From an uncultured Candidatus Saccharibacteria bacterium (GTDB taxonomy: Bacteria; Patescibacteriota; Minisyncoccia; Phycocordibacterales; PALSA-1337), in the NCBI GenBank assembly GCA_964416985.1, contig CAYQFS010000001.1, positions 83,413 through 147,412 of the forward strand: a stretch of 64,000 nt of DNA, given 5' to 3'. The position numbers were made by a program, and so were the translations under genes. The notes beneath the pieces were generated by a model. That model worked only from the letters and a program-made list of their open reading frames with translations. It did no database searches and was not told where the DNA came from. Positions 36,711 to 47,006 of the stretch are shown piece by piece; within the stretch, counting starts at the first letter, position 1; each line of letters opens with the position of its first letter.

Positions 36711-38954
36711 TTACTCAAAATGCACCTTCTCCGTTTCTTTGCTCTCTGCTCGGCGTTTGACTTCTGGCCATTGTGAAAGCGTCTCGTCCTCGACGATGAG
36801 TGCTTGTGCCTCGGTGCGGGCAGCTTCCACCATTTTTATATTTTGAAGCGCTTCCATTGCAATATCGGAAACACCCCATTGCTTGCCTCCGGAAAGTTCT
36901 CCAGAACCACGAAATTTGAGATCATATTCTGCAAGTTCAAAACCATTTTTTGCAGTTTTGAGAGCAGTGAGACGCTCAACAGTCTTTGGATTCGGAGCGG
37001 ATTTTTGAGAGCCATCTCCGGTGAAAACATAGCAGTACGCCTGATGATTTGAGCGAATGACTCGACCGCGTAGTTGGTGAAGCTGGGCAAGACCAAAACG
37101 TTCGGCTCCCTCAAGAATAATGGATGTAGCATTTGGAACATTTACTCCGACCTCGACAACGGATGTCGCGCAGAGGATGTGAATTTTTCCCGCTTTAAAA
37201 TCGAGCATCACTCTGTCTTTTTCCGCCGGCTTCATTTTGCTATGAAGAATTCCAATTTGATATTCAGGAAAAATATCTTTTGAAAGTCGCTCTGCTTCTT
37301 CTTTGACCGACTTTGCATTGACCGCCGCTTCTTTTTCGGGATCAGGTTCGTTGATACGGGGACAGATCACATAGGCCTGGCGGCCGGCCTCAAGCTCAGT
37401 CCGGATTTTCTCGTAGACGAGATGTCGCTCATCTGGTCGCACGATTTCGGTGATGATTGGTTTTCTTCCATGAGGCATCTGGTCGAGAAGAGTGAGATCG
37501 AGGTCTCCATAAATTGTGAGGGCAAGGGTGCGGGGAATCGGGGTTGCGGTCATTGAGAGAAGGTGAGGAGCGCGCGCCTGGCCAAGCTCGTCCTTGTGGA
37601 CAAGTGAGGCTCGCTGCTTTGTTCCAAAGCGATGTTGCTCGTCAATGATGACGTAGGCAAGATTTTTAAATTTGACCGTTTTCTGAATGAGGGCGTGAGT
37701 TCCGATGAGGATGGGAATCTCTCCGTTTGCAACCCATTTCAATAGTTGAGCTCGAGAAATATCTGCCCAGCCTTTCGGGTTTAATTTTGAAGGAAATTTT
37801 CGGCAACCACTTCCGGTTATGAGTCCAACCTGAATTCCTAGATATGAAAAATACTGAATGAATGACTCAAAATGTTGGGTGGCGAGAATTTCGGTAGGGC
37901 ACATGTAGGCGACCTGGAGATTTCCATATTTTTGTCCCTTTGGTCGTGTTGTTACGACTGTATACGCCGTCGCAGCGGCTACAGCGGTTTTTCCCGAACC
38001 TACATCTCCTTCGAGAAGTCTAGACATTGGTGCATGTTTGGCAAAGTCTCCGGTAATGGTGGAGATAGCTTTGTTCTGGGCCTCTGTGGCGGAAAAAGGG
38101 AAGCGTTTCAAAAATTCCCCAAGGTTTTTTTGGTCTGTTTCAATGACGAAACTTTTGTGTTTCTCGTATGCTTTTTTGGCGAGTTGTTTGCCGAGCTGTA
38201 TGAAGAATACCTCTTCAAACGCAAAACGCTTTCGTGCTGCGAGGGCGTCTTCGAGTTTCATTGGCGCGTGTATCCAAATGAGTGCAGTTTTGAGTCCAGG
38301 CAGGCTGTATTTTTTGAGAATTTCATCGGGAATTGGATCGGTGATTGCATCGAGCATTCCTGTTCTAAAAAACTCCACGATCTTGTGATAGATCCAGTTC
38401 GATGTGATTCCTCGGGATTCGGGATATACAGGATAGAGTGTGTGGGATTCTCCCTCGCTTCCAAAAAGGGACTCTCCGACTCCGAGGGGAAGGCGATTGA
38501 CCACTTCAATTTTCGGATTTGAGAAATATAATTCACCAGTAGATTCTTGAGAGGCGTCTTTCCCTTGGACCTCTCTACTTCGCCTTTGAGAGATTTTTCC
38601 TTCGATTCGCACGAGTGCTCCTTCGGGGGTCATCTTTGCAAGATATGGCTGGTTGAACCAAACACAATGGATCTTTCCACTTTCATCCTCGACCCAGGCA
38701 TCAGCCATGGCGATTTTTGTGCGGAAACCTTTGCTCGTTTTTAATTTTGTAATTTTTCCGAAGACAACAGCTTCTTCGCCTTTTTCAAGAGAAGAAATAT
38801 TTTTGGTTTCGGAAATATCACTATAACGGGAAGGGAAATGATATAGAAGATCCTCGATTGTCAAAATTCCAAGGCGATGAAGAGCTTTTTTTTGGAACTC
38901 ATTCAGTCGCGCGGCAGTTTCGATGTGATCGGAAATGAGGCGGGCGCTCTTCAT
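36711..38954 (-). CDS. recG: ATP-dependent DNA helicase RecG
   Basis: RLLEGDVGSGKT, IDEQHRFG, MTATPIPRTL, ERFGLAQLHQLRGRV. Confidence 0.98.
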   Translation of the reverse strand: MKSARLISDHIETAARLNEFQKKALHRLGILTIEDLLYHFPSRYSDISETKNISSLEKGEEAVVFGKITKLKTSKGFRTKIAMADAWVEDESGKIHCVWFNQPYLAKMTPEGALVRIEGKISQRRSREVQGKDASQESTGELYFSNPKIEVVNRLPLGVGESLFGSEGESHTLYPVYPESRGITSNWIYHKIVEFFRTGMLDAITDPIPDEILKKYSLPGLKTALIWIHAPMKLEDALAARKRFAFEEVFFIQLGKQLAKKAYEKHKSFVIETDQKNLGEFLKRFPFSATEAQNKAISTITGDFAKHAPMSRLLEGDVGSGKTAVAAATAYTVVTTRPKGQKYGNLQVAYMCPTEILATQHFESFIQYFSYLGIQVGLITGSGCRKFPSKLNPKGWADISRAQLLKWVANGEIPILIGTHALIQKTVKFKNLAYVIIDEQHRFGTKQRASLVHKDELGQARAPHLLSMTATPIPRTLALTIYGDLDLTLLDQMPHGRKPIITEIVRPDERHLVYEKIRTELEAGRQAYVICPRINEPDPEKEAAVNAKSVKEEAERLSKDIFPEYQIGILHSKMKPAEKDRVMLDFKAGKIHILCATSVVEVGVNVPNATSIILEGAERFGLAQLHQLRGRVIRSNHQAYCYVFTGDGSQKSAPNPKTVERLTALKTAKNGFELAEYDLKFRGSGELSGGKQWGVSDIAMEALQNIKMVEAARTEAQALIVEDETLSQWPEVKRRAESKETEKVHFE

Positions 38955-38961
38955 GAAGGGA

Positions 38962-39135
38962 TTATTCGAGTTCGATGGTCGTCGATGCGCTTATGTCGAT
39001 AGTTCGCTCCTCTTGCACTGTAGCGGCTGAGTTTGTCGGGGCAACTGCCTTCTTTGGGCCGGTGTAAAAGGCAAAGTAGATAATGAGTCCGATAATAAGT
39101 ATCCCGATAAATGTAATTGTCATTTTTGCTGCCAT
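38962..39135 (-). CDS. Small single-TM hypothetical protein
   Basis: MAAKMTITFIGILIIGLIIYFAFY...; TGCTATAAT upstream. Confidence 0.55.
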   Translation of the reverse strand: MAAKMTITFIGILIIGLIIYFAFYTGPKKAVAPTNSAATVQEERTIDISASTTIELE

Positions 39136-39157
39136 ATGAATATTCTTTAGGATTGTA

Positions 39158-39976
39158 TTATAGCACAGCGGTTTTAATGCAATACAATCCTTTTTTTGCT
39201 GCAATGAAACCCTCTTTCTCAAGGTTTTTTATATTTTTGAGAATATTTTGTGGTTTTTGATGCGAGAATTTTTTGACAATATCTTGAGCAGCAAGAGATT
39301 CATTGATAATGGCTTTCAGAATATGCGAACGAAGCTCGCGATTTGATCCTTTAAACGCACTTTGTTTTCCGTGATGAGAACTTTTTCGTGAAGGATTTAT
39401 TTCTGTTCGTTTCAGCATTGCCCCGTAATCCATGAGAGCATAGTGCCATTCGCGAGGATTCTTCAAATCGAGGTTTTCTTCGATAAGTGGCAGCAGTTTT
39501 TTGTCATGAACTTTTCCTCGGTGACTTGCAAAAAAGAAATGGATAAAGACTGTTCGAATGTTCGTTTCGATAAAAGGGTGGGGAATATTGAAGGCAAAGG
39601 CAAGAACAGAACCGGCAGTGTTTGGGCCGATTCCAGGAAGATCAAGCAACTCTGTATACGTTTGAGGCAGTTTCCCTTTATATTTTGAAACCACCTCTTG
39701 TGCCAGTCTGTGGAGATTCAAAGCTCTGCGATTGTATCCGAGTCCTTGCCACTCCTTGAGAACATGAGTGAGGGGCGCTCGTGCCAGCTTTTCGAAACTC
39801 GGAAATGTATTGAGAAATGAATCAAACTTTTTTGTTACGCGACTTGCCTGGGTTTGCTGGAGCATTATTTCTGATACAACGATGCGGTATGGAGTCAAAT
39901 TTCTTCTCCAAGGCATGTCACGCCCAGCTTTTTTGTAATAGTCCCAGATTATTTTTCTGAATTTCTTGTTATTCAT
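39158..39976 (-). CDS. mutY: A/G-specific adenine glycosylase, Fe-S-cluster-less form
   Basis: MPWR, VSEIMLQQTQ, WQGLGYNRRA, LPGIGPNTA; no Cys cluster after ALMDYGA. Confidence 0.88.
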   Translation of the reverse strand: MNNKKFRKIIWDYYKKAGRDMPWRRNLTPYRIVVSEIMLQQTQASRVTKKFDSFLNTFPSFEKLARAPLTHVLKEWQGLGYNRRALNLHRLAQEVVSKYKGKLPQTYTELLDLPGIGPNTAGSVLAFAFNIPHPFIETNIRTVFIHFFFASHRGKVHDKKLLPLIEENLDLKNPREWHYALMDYGAMLKRTEINPSRKSSHHGKQSAFKGSNRELRSHILKAIINESLAAQDIVKKFSHQKPQNILKNIKNLEKEGFIAAKKGLYCIKTAVL

Positions 39977-40634
39977 TCACCTCACGAGCGGAGATTTCGG
40001 CAGTTACAATGAATTCATCATCAACACTTGCGACAAAAGGAACATTTGGAATGACAAGCTTGAAGTCGCTTCTTTTTATCTTTGTCGTTGCAATTCCTGA
40101 GATTCCATTTTCATCAACCTTCATGTTGACTGAAAAGATTGCCGGCTGTGTTACGCCTGAAATAGTGAGATCTCCCATGACGCTGAAGGCGAGAGTGGAG
40201 CTTGCTACGAGGGCGGGAAGGCCTGTTACCGGAGCTGATTTGAAATACATGAATTCATTTGCTGGATCTTCTGCTCGAAGGATAGCACGACTGATTGCTC
40301 CGTCACGCTGCTTGCTGTCTGTTTTGAAAGTCTTTGCATTGATTGCAAGGGTTCCTACGGTAATAGTTCCCGACGCTACTCGAATATCTCCCGCGATCTC
40401 GCTTGTTGTTCCGACTGCTGTGAACGGCTTCCCATTTAACACTTCTTTGATGCTAAATTGAACCTTTGAATTTTCAGATGAAATTCGATAGAGCTTTTCG
40501 CTCGATGTTGCGGTAAGTGTGTCTGTTGCAGTATTAATATCCCGACTCGGAGCGCTCGGTGCTCTGGTTATATAGAGATATGCGAGGGCGGCGATGACTA
40601 CGATCACGACGATGATTTGTATTGCTTTTTTCAT
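39969..40634 (-). CDS. YceI family lipid/polyisoprenoid-binding protein
   Basis: SKVQFSI, TDSKQRD, GDLTISGVT, IKRSDFKL; N-terminal anchor. Confidence 0.85.
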   Translation of the reverse strand: MKKAIQIIVVIVVIAALAYLYITRAPSAPSRDINTATDTLTATSSEKLYRISSENSKVQFSIKEVLNGKPFTAVGTTSEIAGDIRVASGTITVGTLAINAKTFKTDSKQRDGAISRAILRAEDPANEFMYFKSAPVTGLPALVASSTLAFSVMGDLTISGVTQPAIFSVNMKVDENGISGIATTKIKRSDFKLVIPNVPFVASVDDEFIVTAEISAREVNE

Positions 40635-40725
40635 ATGAGTGTATTGTATATGAAGATTCTTTTGATTAAAAGTCGCTTTTGTGTCAGAATGTCAAAACCC
40701 ATTACAAGCTACGCGGGCTTGAATT

Positions 40726-40812
40726 GGAACCGTGGTGGAGTGGTCTAACATACCTCTTTGCTAAAGAGGCAGGGGCGAAAGCTCCTCGAGGGTTCGAATC
40801 CCTCCGGTTCCG
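40726..40812 (+). tRNA. tRNA-Ser(GCU)
   Basis: GGAACCG/CGGTTCC acceptor, CCTCT-TTGCTAA-AGAGG anticodon arm, long variable arm GGGGC-GAAA-GCTCC, GAGGG-TTCGAAT-CCCTC, discriminator G. Confidence 0.93.
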
Positions 40813-40846
40813 CAACGAGAACCTGTTATCGGCATGACCTGAGTGT

Positions 40847-41485
40847 CTAAGAAATCTTCTTAAATACCAAATCGCCCGAGATTCTGTCTTTCGTGTGAGG
40901 TCGTTTCCACAGGAAGACATTTTGGGTGACTTCGGTAGGATTTTGAATTACCGAGGCCGGGTGATTGTAAATATTGATTCCTCGTTCTTTCATTATCTCG
41001 ATTATTCTTGGTTCAAATTGCTCTAACGATACGAAAAAACTTTCTCGTGCCACTCTCTCAAATTCCTTTGCTAATTTTTCCCAATCCCTAATGAAGTAAA
41101 GGGAGCTAAGTGCTGTGATGTGGTCTATAGATTTATCGCCGAAAGTTTCAATGACATCCTCAACCGCTCCAATATGTCCCTCAAAGCCTCGCTTTTTTGC
41201 TTCCTCAATCATGGTAGGAGAAATATCGATTCCCTTGTATATAAATGAGCCACCTAAATATTCCTTGAGCTTTCCCGTACCACAACCAATATCGAGCAAG
41301 GTTCCTTTGGTTATTCCATATTTTTGATATGTTTCTAGTAGAATCCTTGGGATCTGATATTCGGCTTTTCCTTCAAAAGATTCGTCGTAGACTGGTGCAG
41401 CCTGGTCATACAAAAGAGCCACATTTCTCCTTTGTATTTCAAGTTCAGTTTTTTCCTGACTCGGGAGTATTTCTTCCATATTCAT
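40847..41485 (-). CDS. Class I SAM-dependent methyltransferase
   Basis: LYDQAAPVYD, LLDIGCGTG, GIDISPTMI. Confidence 0.85.
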   Translation of the reverse strand: MNMEEILPSQEKTELEIQRRNVALLYDQAAPVYDESFEGKAEYQIPRILLETYQKYGITKGTLLDIGCGTGKLKEYLGGSFIYKGIDISPTMIEEAKKRGFEGHIGAVEDVIETFGDKSIDHITALSSLYFIRDWEKLAKEFERVARESFFVSLEQFEPRIIEIMKERGINIYNHPASVIQNPTEVTQNVFLWKRPHTKDRISGDLVFKKIS

Positions 41486-41627
41486 TAGATTATCGCTAAA
41501 GGCGAAATTAGGCTAGTGACCAACATACTTTATTTCAACTCATGAAATAGCGCTAAAATATTCTTATGGTTTCTTATGCCTCCGGTACTTAACCCATATG
41601 GCCCACAGCATTTGATTTAAGTTACCC

Positions 41628-42038
41628 TCACTTCTCTATCGTATCCTTCTTCTGCGCCAGTGCACTGATTTCTTTTTTCAAATCAAGAATCTCTTGTCGA
41701 ATATGCTTAAGCGTAACCTCCTCTTCCTTAACGAGAGTCTTTGTGGCTTCTTCTACTTTTTTCTCATGACGAATTCCTGAAAGAATAATATGATCTCCGA
41801 TAAAGATCGAAACCATGAGCCCAATGAGCATGAGACCAAGGATGGAAATAATGATCTGAGCAGGAGGGTAAAAGAAAATCTCGAAGAAACGGTTTGTGTG
41901 CGAAAGAATTTCTGCAGTTTCCCAAACACCTCTCCAGAAGAGAACGATGCCGGTTCCACCGATGATGGAGTAGGGAATAGGGTAACGGGAGAGATGACCA
42001 CGAACATTGTCTTCGAGCTTGTCAAAAAAGTTGAACAT
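41628..42038 (-). CDS. Hypothetical membrane protein
   Basis: FFDKLEDNVRGHLSRYPIPY...LFWRGVW; 2-3 TMs and a coiled-coil tail. Confidence 0.75.
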   Translation of the reverse strand: MFNFFDKLEDNVRGHLSRYPIPYSIIGGTGIVLFWRGVWETAEILSHTNRFFEIFFYPPAQIIISILGLMLIGLMVSIFIGDHIILSGIRHEKKVEEATKTLVKEEEVTLKHIRQEILDLKKEISALAQKKDTIEK

Positions 42039-42111
42039 GATAATGACAAGTATACCGCACTATGCTACATTGTAGTCAAGTAGTTTATCAACTATGAAAC
42101 TTTAATTTTTG

Positions 42112-42420
42112 ATGAAAAAGTCACCACTTCCAAAAGAGGCATATCAAAAAAACGCCCTTATATACAAGATTCTCGCCAACTCAAAAAGATTGGAAATTTT
42201 GAATATTTTGAAAGTATCTGAGACTTCTGTAGAGGATCTTCTTTCAATTACAAAGCTTCCAAAGGCAAATCTCTCACAACACCTTGCACTCATGAGACAC
42301 AATGGCCTCGTAGTAGCGCGAAGGGAAGGGCTCAATCTTTTTTATACAATAGTTGATCCAAGAATTGTCGAGCCGTGCAAGATTCTTCACGGACTTCGCC
42401 ACCGCCACATGGTCGTCTAG
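42112..42420 (+). CDS. ArsR/SmtB family transcriptional regulator
   Basis: KILANSKRLEILNIL, LSQHLALMR...LV...RREG..FY winged helix; single Cys in EPCKIL. Confidence 0.93.
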   Translation: MKKSPLPKEAYQKNALIYKILANSKRLEILNILKVSETSVEDLLSITKLPKANLSQHLALMRHNGLVVARREGLNLFYTIVDPRIVEPCKILHGLRHRHMVV

Positions 42421-42495
42421 CATTCCATTTTTTCAGTTTTTGTGTCTTGATGAATAAATCGCGATCTTTTCCACAATTTTTTGCTATATATTTAA

Positions 42496-42532
42496 TTTCG
42501 TTATTGCGAAATAACGAAACAAAAACTATAAT
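42496..42532 (+). promoter_or_regulatory. nrdD promoter with a perfect 10-4-10 palindrome over the -35
   Basis: TTTCGTTATT-GCGA-AATAACGAAA (42496-42519); TTGCGA-17 bp-TATAAT. Confidence 0.7.
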
Positions 42533-42540
42533 GGGAACCT

Positions 42541-44688
42541 ATGCCAAAAAAAATTATAAAAAGGAACGGTGTCCAGGAAGATTTTAATAGTACAAAAATT
42601 GCCGCAGCCATTGCCAAAGCAGGAAAGGCCACGGGAGAGCTTACTGAAAAGGAAGCCAAGGTCATTACAAAGCAGATCGTGGACATTCTTGATAAAGAAT
42701 CGCGGGAAAAGATTCCCACGGTCGAGAATGTCCAGGATATTGTCGAGAGAGTGCTCATGCGATCGAGATTCAAGCTCACAGCCAAGGCCTACATCCTTTA
42801 TCGAGAACAGCACGCGGAACTTCGGGCATTTGCGACGGCCCGTTCTCTTGATCTTGTCGACAGTTACCTCGACCGGCTTGACTGGCAGGTTAAGGAGAAC
42901 AGCAACATGGGCTACTCGCTCCAAGGTCTGAACAACTATATTTTTTCAGAAGTAAGTAAGACCTACTGGCTCAACAAAATCTATCCTCATGAGATCCGCG
43001 AGGCATATGAAAAGGGGGATCTTCATATTCATGACCTTGGAACCATTTCTATTTATTGTGTTGGATGGGATCTCATGGATCTACTTCTCGAGGGATTTAA
43101 GGGAGTTTCGGACAAAATTGAATCGGCTCCTCCAAAGCATCTTCGCACAGCACTCGGTCAGGTTGTGAACTTCATGTACACCCTCCAGGGAGAGGCTGCG
43201 GGTGCAATTGCTTTCTCGAACTTCGATACACTTCTCGCTCCGTTCATTCGTTATGACAAACTTTCCTTTGCCGAGGTCAAGCAATGCCTTCAGGAATTTA
43301 TTTTTAACATGAATGTTCCGACTCGTGTCGGTTTTCAGACTCCATTCTCAAATATAACTCTTGACCTTACACCGTCACCAAACTTCAAGAAGCAGGGTGT
43401 CGTTATCGGTGGGAAAATCATGAAAGAAAAATACTCTGAATTCCAGGAGGAAATGAATACCTTGAACAGAGCACTTTTTGAGGTAATGGGAGAAGGGGAT
43501 GCGGCAGGAAGAGTCTTCACCTTTCCGATCCCCACAGTTAATGTCACAAAGGATTTTGAATGGAACAATCCAAATCTCGCAGGGCTTTGGGAAATAACGG
43601 CTAAGTATGGCGTTCCGTATTTCAGCAATTTTGTAAATTCCGACATGAAACCGGAAGATACTCGCTCAATGTGCTGCAGACTTCGCCTCGACCTCGAGGA
43701 GCTCGACCGAAGAGGGGGAGGACTTTTTGGGGCAAATGCTCTCACAGGTTCTGTCGGTGTGGTGACCATGAATCTTCCTCGTTTTGCATATCTTGCTTCA
43801 AAACAGAAGGGTGCACGTGCGGAAAAAGCTTTCTTTGACATGCTTGCTCAAAAAATGGACATTGCAAAAGAAAGTCTCGAAATTAAACGAAAGATGCTCG
43901 AAAAACTAACTGATGCAAATCTCTATCCTTATACAAAATTCTATCTAAGAAAAATAAAAGCCGGCTTCGGGGAATATTGGAGGAATCATTTCTCGACGAT
44001 CGGGCTTGTAGGAATGAATGAGGCCTGCCTCAATCTTATCGGAAAAGATATTGGGACGGCTGAGGGAGCAGCTTTTGCAGGTAGGGTCCTCGACTACATG
44101 AGAAATCGACTCATTGGCTACCAAAAAGAGACGGGAAATTTGTTTAATCTTGAGGCAACTCCGGCAGAGGGAACTGCGTACCGCCTTGCTCTCCGTGACA
44201 AAAAACTTTACCCAGAAATTATCGTTGCAAATGAAGAGGAATTCAAAAAGGGTGCGCAGCCATTCTACACAAATTCCTCACATCTCCCGGTGTATTATAC
44301 GGATGATATTGTGGAGACCCTCGATATTCAAGACAAACTTCAGACAAAATATACAGGAGGAACTGTCATCCATCTTTTCCTAGGTGAAAGAATCCGCGAT
44401 GCAGCAGCTATCCCGGCTCTCGTAAAAAAGATTTGCGAGAGATATCATCTTCCGTATTTTACTATTACTCCGACATTCAGCGTCTGCCGTTCTCATGGGT
44501 ATCTCGCCGGCGAGCACACCCTGTGTCCGTCATGCAGCGCAGAGTGTGAAGTGTATTCGCGCATTGTTGGGTATTTGCGGCCAGTCAGTCAGTGGAATGA
44601 GGGTAAACAGGCAGAGTATGAACTAAGAAAGGAATATGAGCCGGCGATAAAGGTCGGAAGGAGTATAAAAACATCGACAACAGCGTGA
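42541..44688 (+). CDS. nrdD: Anaerobic (class III) ribonucleoside-triphosphate reductase with ATP cone
   Basis: IIKRNG ATP cone, SMCCRL thiyl loop, EATPAE, CxxH/CxxC, YSRIVGYL glycyl-radical motif. Confidence 0.97.
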   Translation: MPKKIIKRNGVQEDFNSTKIAAAIAKAGKATGELTEKEAKVITKQIVDILDKESREKIPTVENVQDIVERVLMRSRFKLTAKAYILYREQHAELRAFATARSLDLVDSYLDRLDWQVKENSNMGYSLQGLNNYIFSEVSKTYWLNKIYPHEIREAYEKGDLHIHDLGTISIYCVGWDLMDLLLEGFKGVSDKIESAPPKHLRTALGQVVNFMYTLQGEAAGAIAFSNFDTLLAPFIRYDKLSFAEVKQCLQEFIFNMNVPTRVGFQTPFSNITLDLTPSPNFKKQGVVIGGKIMKEKYSEFQEEMNTLNRALFEVMGEGDAAGRVFTFPIPTVNVTKDFEWNNPNLAGLWEITAKYGVPYFSNFVNSDMKPEDTRSMCCRLRLDLEELDRRGGGLFGANALTGSVGVVTMNLPRFAYLASKQKGARAEKAFFDMLAQKMDIAKESLEIKRKMLEKLTDANLYPYTKFYLRKIKAGFGEYWRNHFSTIGLVGMNEACLNLIGKDIGTAEGAAFAGRVLDYMRNRLIGYQKETGNLFNLEATPAEGTAYRLALRDKKLYPEIIVANEEEFKKGAQPFYTNSSHLPVYYTDDIVETLDIQDKLQTKYTGGTVIHLFLGERIRDAAAIPALVKKICERYHLPYFTITPTFSVCRSHGYLAGEHTLCPSCSAECEVYSRIVGYLRPVSQWNEGKQAEYELRKEYEPAIKVGRSIKTSTTA

Positions 44689-45371
44689 TCTTTGGAGGAT
44701 TTGAAAAGTTTACGCTTATAGACTACCCCGGAAAAATTTCGTCCGTGGTTTATACAATAGGATGTAACTTTCAATGCCCATATTGCCACAATCCTGAACT
44801 TGTAAATGAGACAGTCGAAAAAAGATTTAAGGAAAAGGAGATTCTGGAATTTTTGGAACACAGAAAAGGGATGATTGATGCACTCGTCATTACAGGAGGA
44901 GAGCCAACTATGCACGATGAACTTCTCGCGTTTATGGAGAAGGTTAAATGGCTCGGGATTCTTGTTAAACTCGATTCAAATGGAACAAGACCTGACATTT
45001 TGAAAAAGGCGGTGGAGAGAAAAATTGTCGACTACATTGCAATGGACATAAAATCTCCCTTATCAAAATATAGCGCTATTGTGGCGAGGCCGGTCGATAT
45101 CGATGCTGTCAAAGAGAGCATCACATTTCTCCTCGAATCAAAGGTCGAGTACGAATTCCGCACTACTGTTGTCAAAGCACTTCTTTCTCCGGCCGATATT
45201 GAACAAATGGGAAAAGAAATCCGGGGAGCAAAGAGATACTATCTCCAAAAATTCATTCCAACAAAAATACTCAATCCTCAATTTAAGAAAAAAGTGTGCT
45301 ACACAGATGCTGAAATGAAAAGTTTTAGAACCAAAATATTGAAATATGTCGACCACTGCGAAATTAGGTAA
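44685..45371 (+). CDS. nrdG: Anaerobic RNR activating enzyme (radical SAM)
   Basis: DYPGK, GCNFQCPYCHN, ITGGEP, AMDIK, YEFRTT. Confidence 0.95.
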   Translation: MIFGGFEKFTLIDYPGKISSVVYTIGCNFQCPYCHNPELVNETVEKRFKEKEILEFLEHRKGMIDALVITGGEPTMHDELLAFMEKVKWLGILVKLDSNGTRPDILKKAVERKIVDYIAMDIKSPLSKYSAIVARPVDIDAVKESITFLLESKVEYEFRTTVVKALLSPADIEQMGKEIRGAKRYYLQKFIPTKILNPQFKKKVCYTDAEMKSFRTKILKYVDHCEIR

Positions 45372-46566
45372 GAAAATATATCTCGATCACGCTTCTGCGA
45401 CAGCTATTGATCCGGAAGTTCTCAAAAAAATGCTGCCGTACTTTTCACCCGTCTACGGAAACCCGTCATCGATGCATACGAGTGGAAGACGAGCTGGCCA
45501 GGCACTCAGAAGGGCCAGAGCAGATGTTGCATCCGTCATCAATTCGCTTCCTTCAGAGGTTATTTTTACTAGTTCAGGAACAGAATCTGACAATCTGGCT
45601 CTCATCGGAACCGCAAGGGCGTATAGGTCGCAGGGAAATCACATCGTCATCTCTTCAATTGAGCACAAAGCTGTAATTGAGGCAGCGGAATTACTCAAGA
45701 AAGATGGATTTTATGTGAGTGTTGTTCCTGTTCTACATGACGGTCTCGTCGACATTGCCCAGTGTGTGAGCCTTGTCAATGAAAAGACAATTCTTGTCTC
45801 AGTCATGTATGCAAATAATGAGATTGGAACGATTGAACCAATAAAAGAAATTGCTGCCGCACTCAAAAATTTCCGAGGATCGCGTCCATTTCCTCTCTTT
45901 CATACTGATGCTTGCCAGGCAGCAGGTGCACTTTCTCTTGATGTTCGTGAACTCGGGGTTGACCTCATGACTCTCAATGGAGCAAAAATATATGGGCCAA
46001 AAGGAACTGGGATTCTTTATAAAAGATCCGGAGTGAGGATTGATCCCTTGATTGTAGGGGGTGAACAGGAAATGAATCTTCGTGGAGGGACAGAAAATCT
46101 TCCACTCATTATTGGTTTTGCCGAAGCCTTGAAAAAAGTTGATACAAAAAGAACGAGTGAATCAGCACGACTAACAATCTTGCGCGATTACTTTATCAAA
46201 CGACTTTTTCATGAAGTTCCAGGGGCGATTTTGAACGGTCACCCAAGAGAACGGCTCCCTGGAAATATTCATATTTCCATCCCTCATGTCGAAGGGGAAT
46301 CGATGCTCCTTATGCTCGACACCTACGGCATCGAAGTCTCGACTGGTTCGGCGTGTTCCGCTCTCGATCTCAAACCTTCACATGTACTTCTTGCTATTGG
46401 GCAAAGTTCTGAATTTGCGCATGGGAGTATTAGATTTTCACTTGGAAGAGAGACGACAAAAAGAGAGATAGAGGATGTCATGAAAGTATTTCCAGGTATT
46501 GTTGAGAACTTGAGAGGGATTTCCGCCCTAACTTCGTGTGCCATGAATATTCCAGCAAATATATGA
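45346..46566 (+). CDS. iscS: Cysteine desulfurase (IscS/NifS group I)
   Basis: YLDHASAT, GNPSS, HTDACQA, KIYGPKG, STGSAC. Confidence 0.95.
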   Translation: MSTTAKLGKKIYLDHASATAIDPEVLKKMLPYFSPVYGNPSSMHTSGRRAGQALRRARADVASVINSLPSEVIFTSSGTESDNLALIGTARAYRSQGNHIVISSIEHKAVIEAAELLKKDGFYVSVVPVLHDGLVDIAQCVSLVNEKTILVSVMYANNEIGTIEPIKEIAAALKNFRGSRPFPLFHTDACQAAGALSLDVRELGVDLMTLNGAKIYGPKGTGILYKRSGVRIDPLIVGGEQEMNLRGGTENLPLIIGFAEALKKVDTKRTSESARLTILRDYFIKRLFHEVPGAILNGHPRERLPGNIHISIPHVEGESMLLMLDTYGIEVSTGSACSALDLKPSHVLLAIGQSSEFAHGSIRFSLGRETTKREIEDVMKVFPGIVENLRGISALTSCAMNIPANI

Positions 46567-47006
46567 AGAAAAAAACATCACAAAAAAATCTTGCTCTCTG
46601 CGACGGAATTGATTGGCTCTATAGCGATGTAGTAAAAGACCATTTTTTTAATCCAAGGAATATTCTTCTCGATGATCTTTCGTATGAAGCCCATGGAGTC
46701 GGTGTTGTCGGAAGTCCAGCCTGTGGAGATATGATGGCAATCTGGGTAAAGATTTCTTCTGACAAGCGAATTATGGAGTGTAAATGGAGGACATTTGGAT
46801 GCGCTTCTGCCATTGCATCGACCTCCATGCTCTCTGTAATGGCCACAGAAAAAGGTGGGATGACACTTGCTCGTGCAAAAAGAATTACTCCTGAATCAAT
46901 CATTGAAAGACTCGGAGGACTTCCTGATAGAAAGTATCACTGCTCAGTTCTCGGACACCTCGCCCTTAGAGAAGCAATTAAAGACTATGAAACAAACGGA
47001 AAATAA
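46563..47006 (+). CDS. iscU: Fe-S scaffold IscU/NifU N-terminal domain protein
   Basis: YSDVVKDHFFNPRN, GSPACGD, FGCASAIAS, KYHCSVL. Confidence 0.93.
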   Translation: MKKKTSQKNLALCDGIDWLYSDVVKDHFFNPRNILLDDLSYEAHGVGVVGSPACGDMMAIWVKISSDKRIMECKWRTFGCASAIASTSMLSVMATEKGGMTLARAKRITPESIIERLGGLPDRKYHCSVLGHLALREAIKDYETNGK

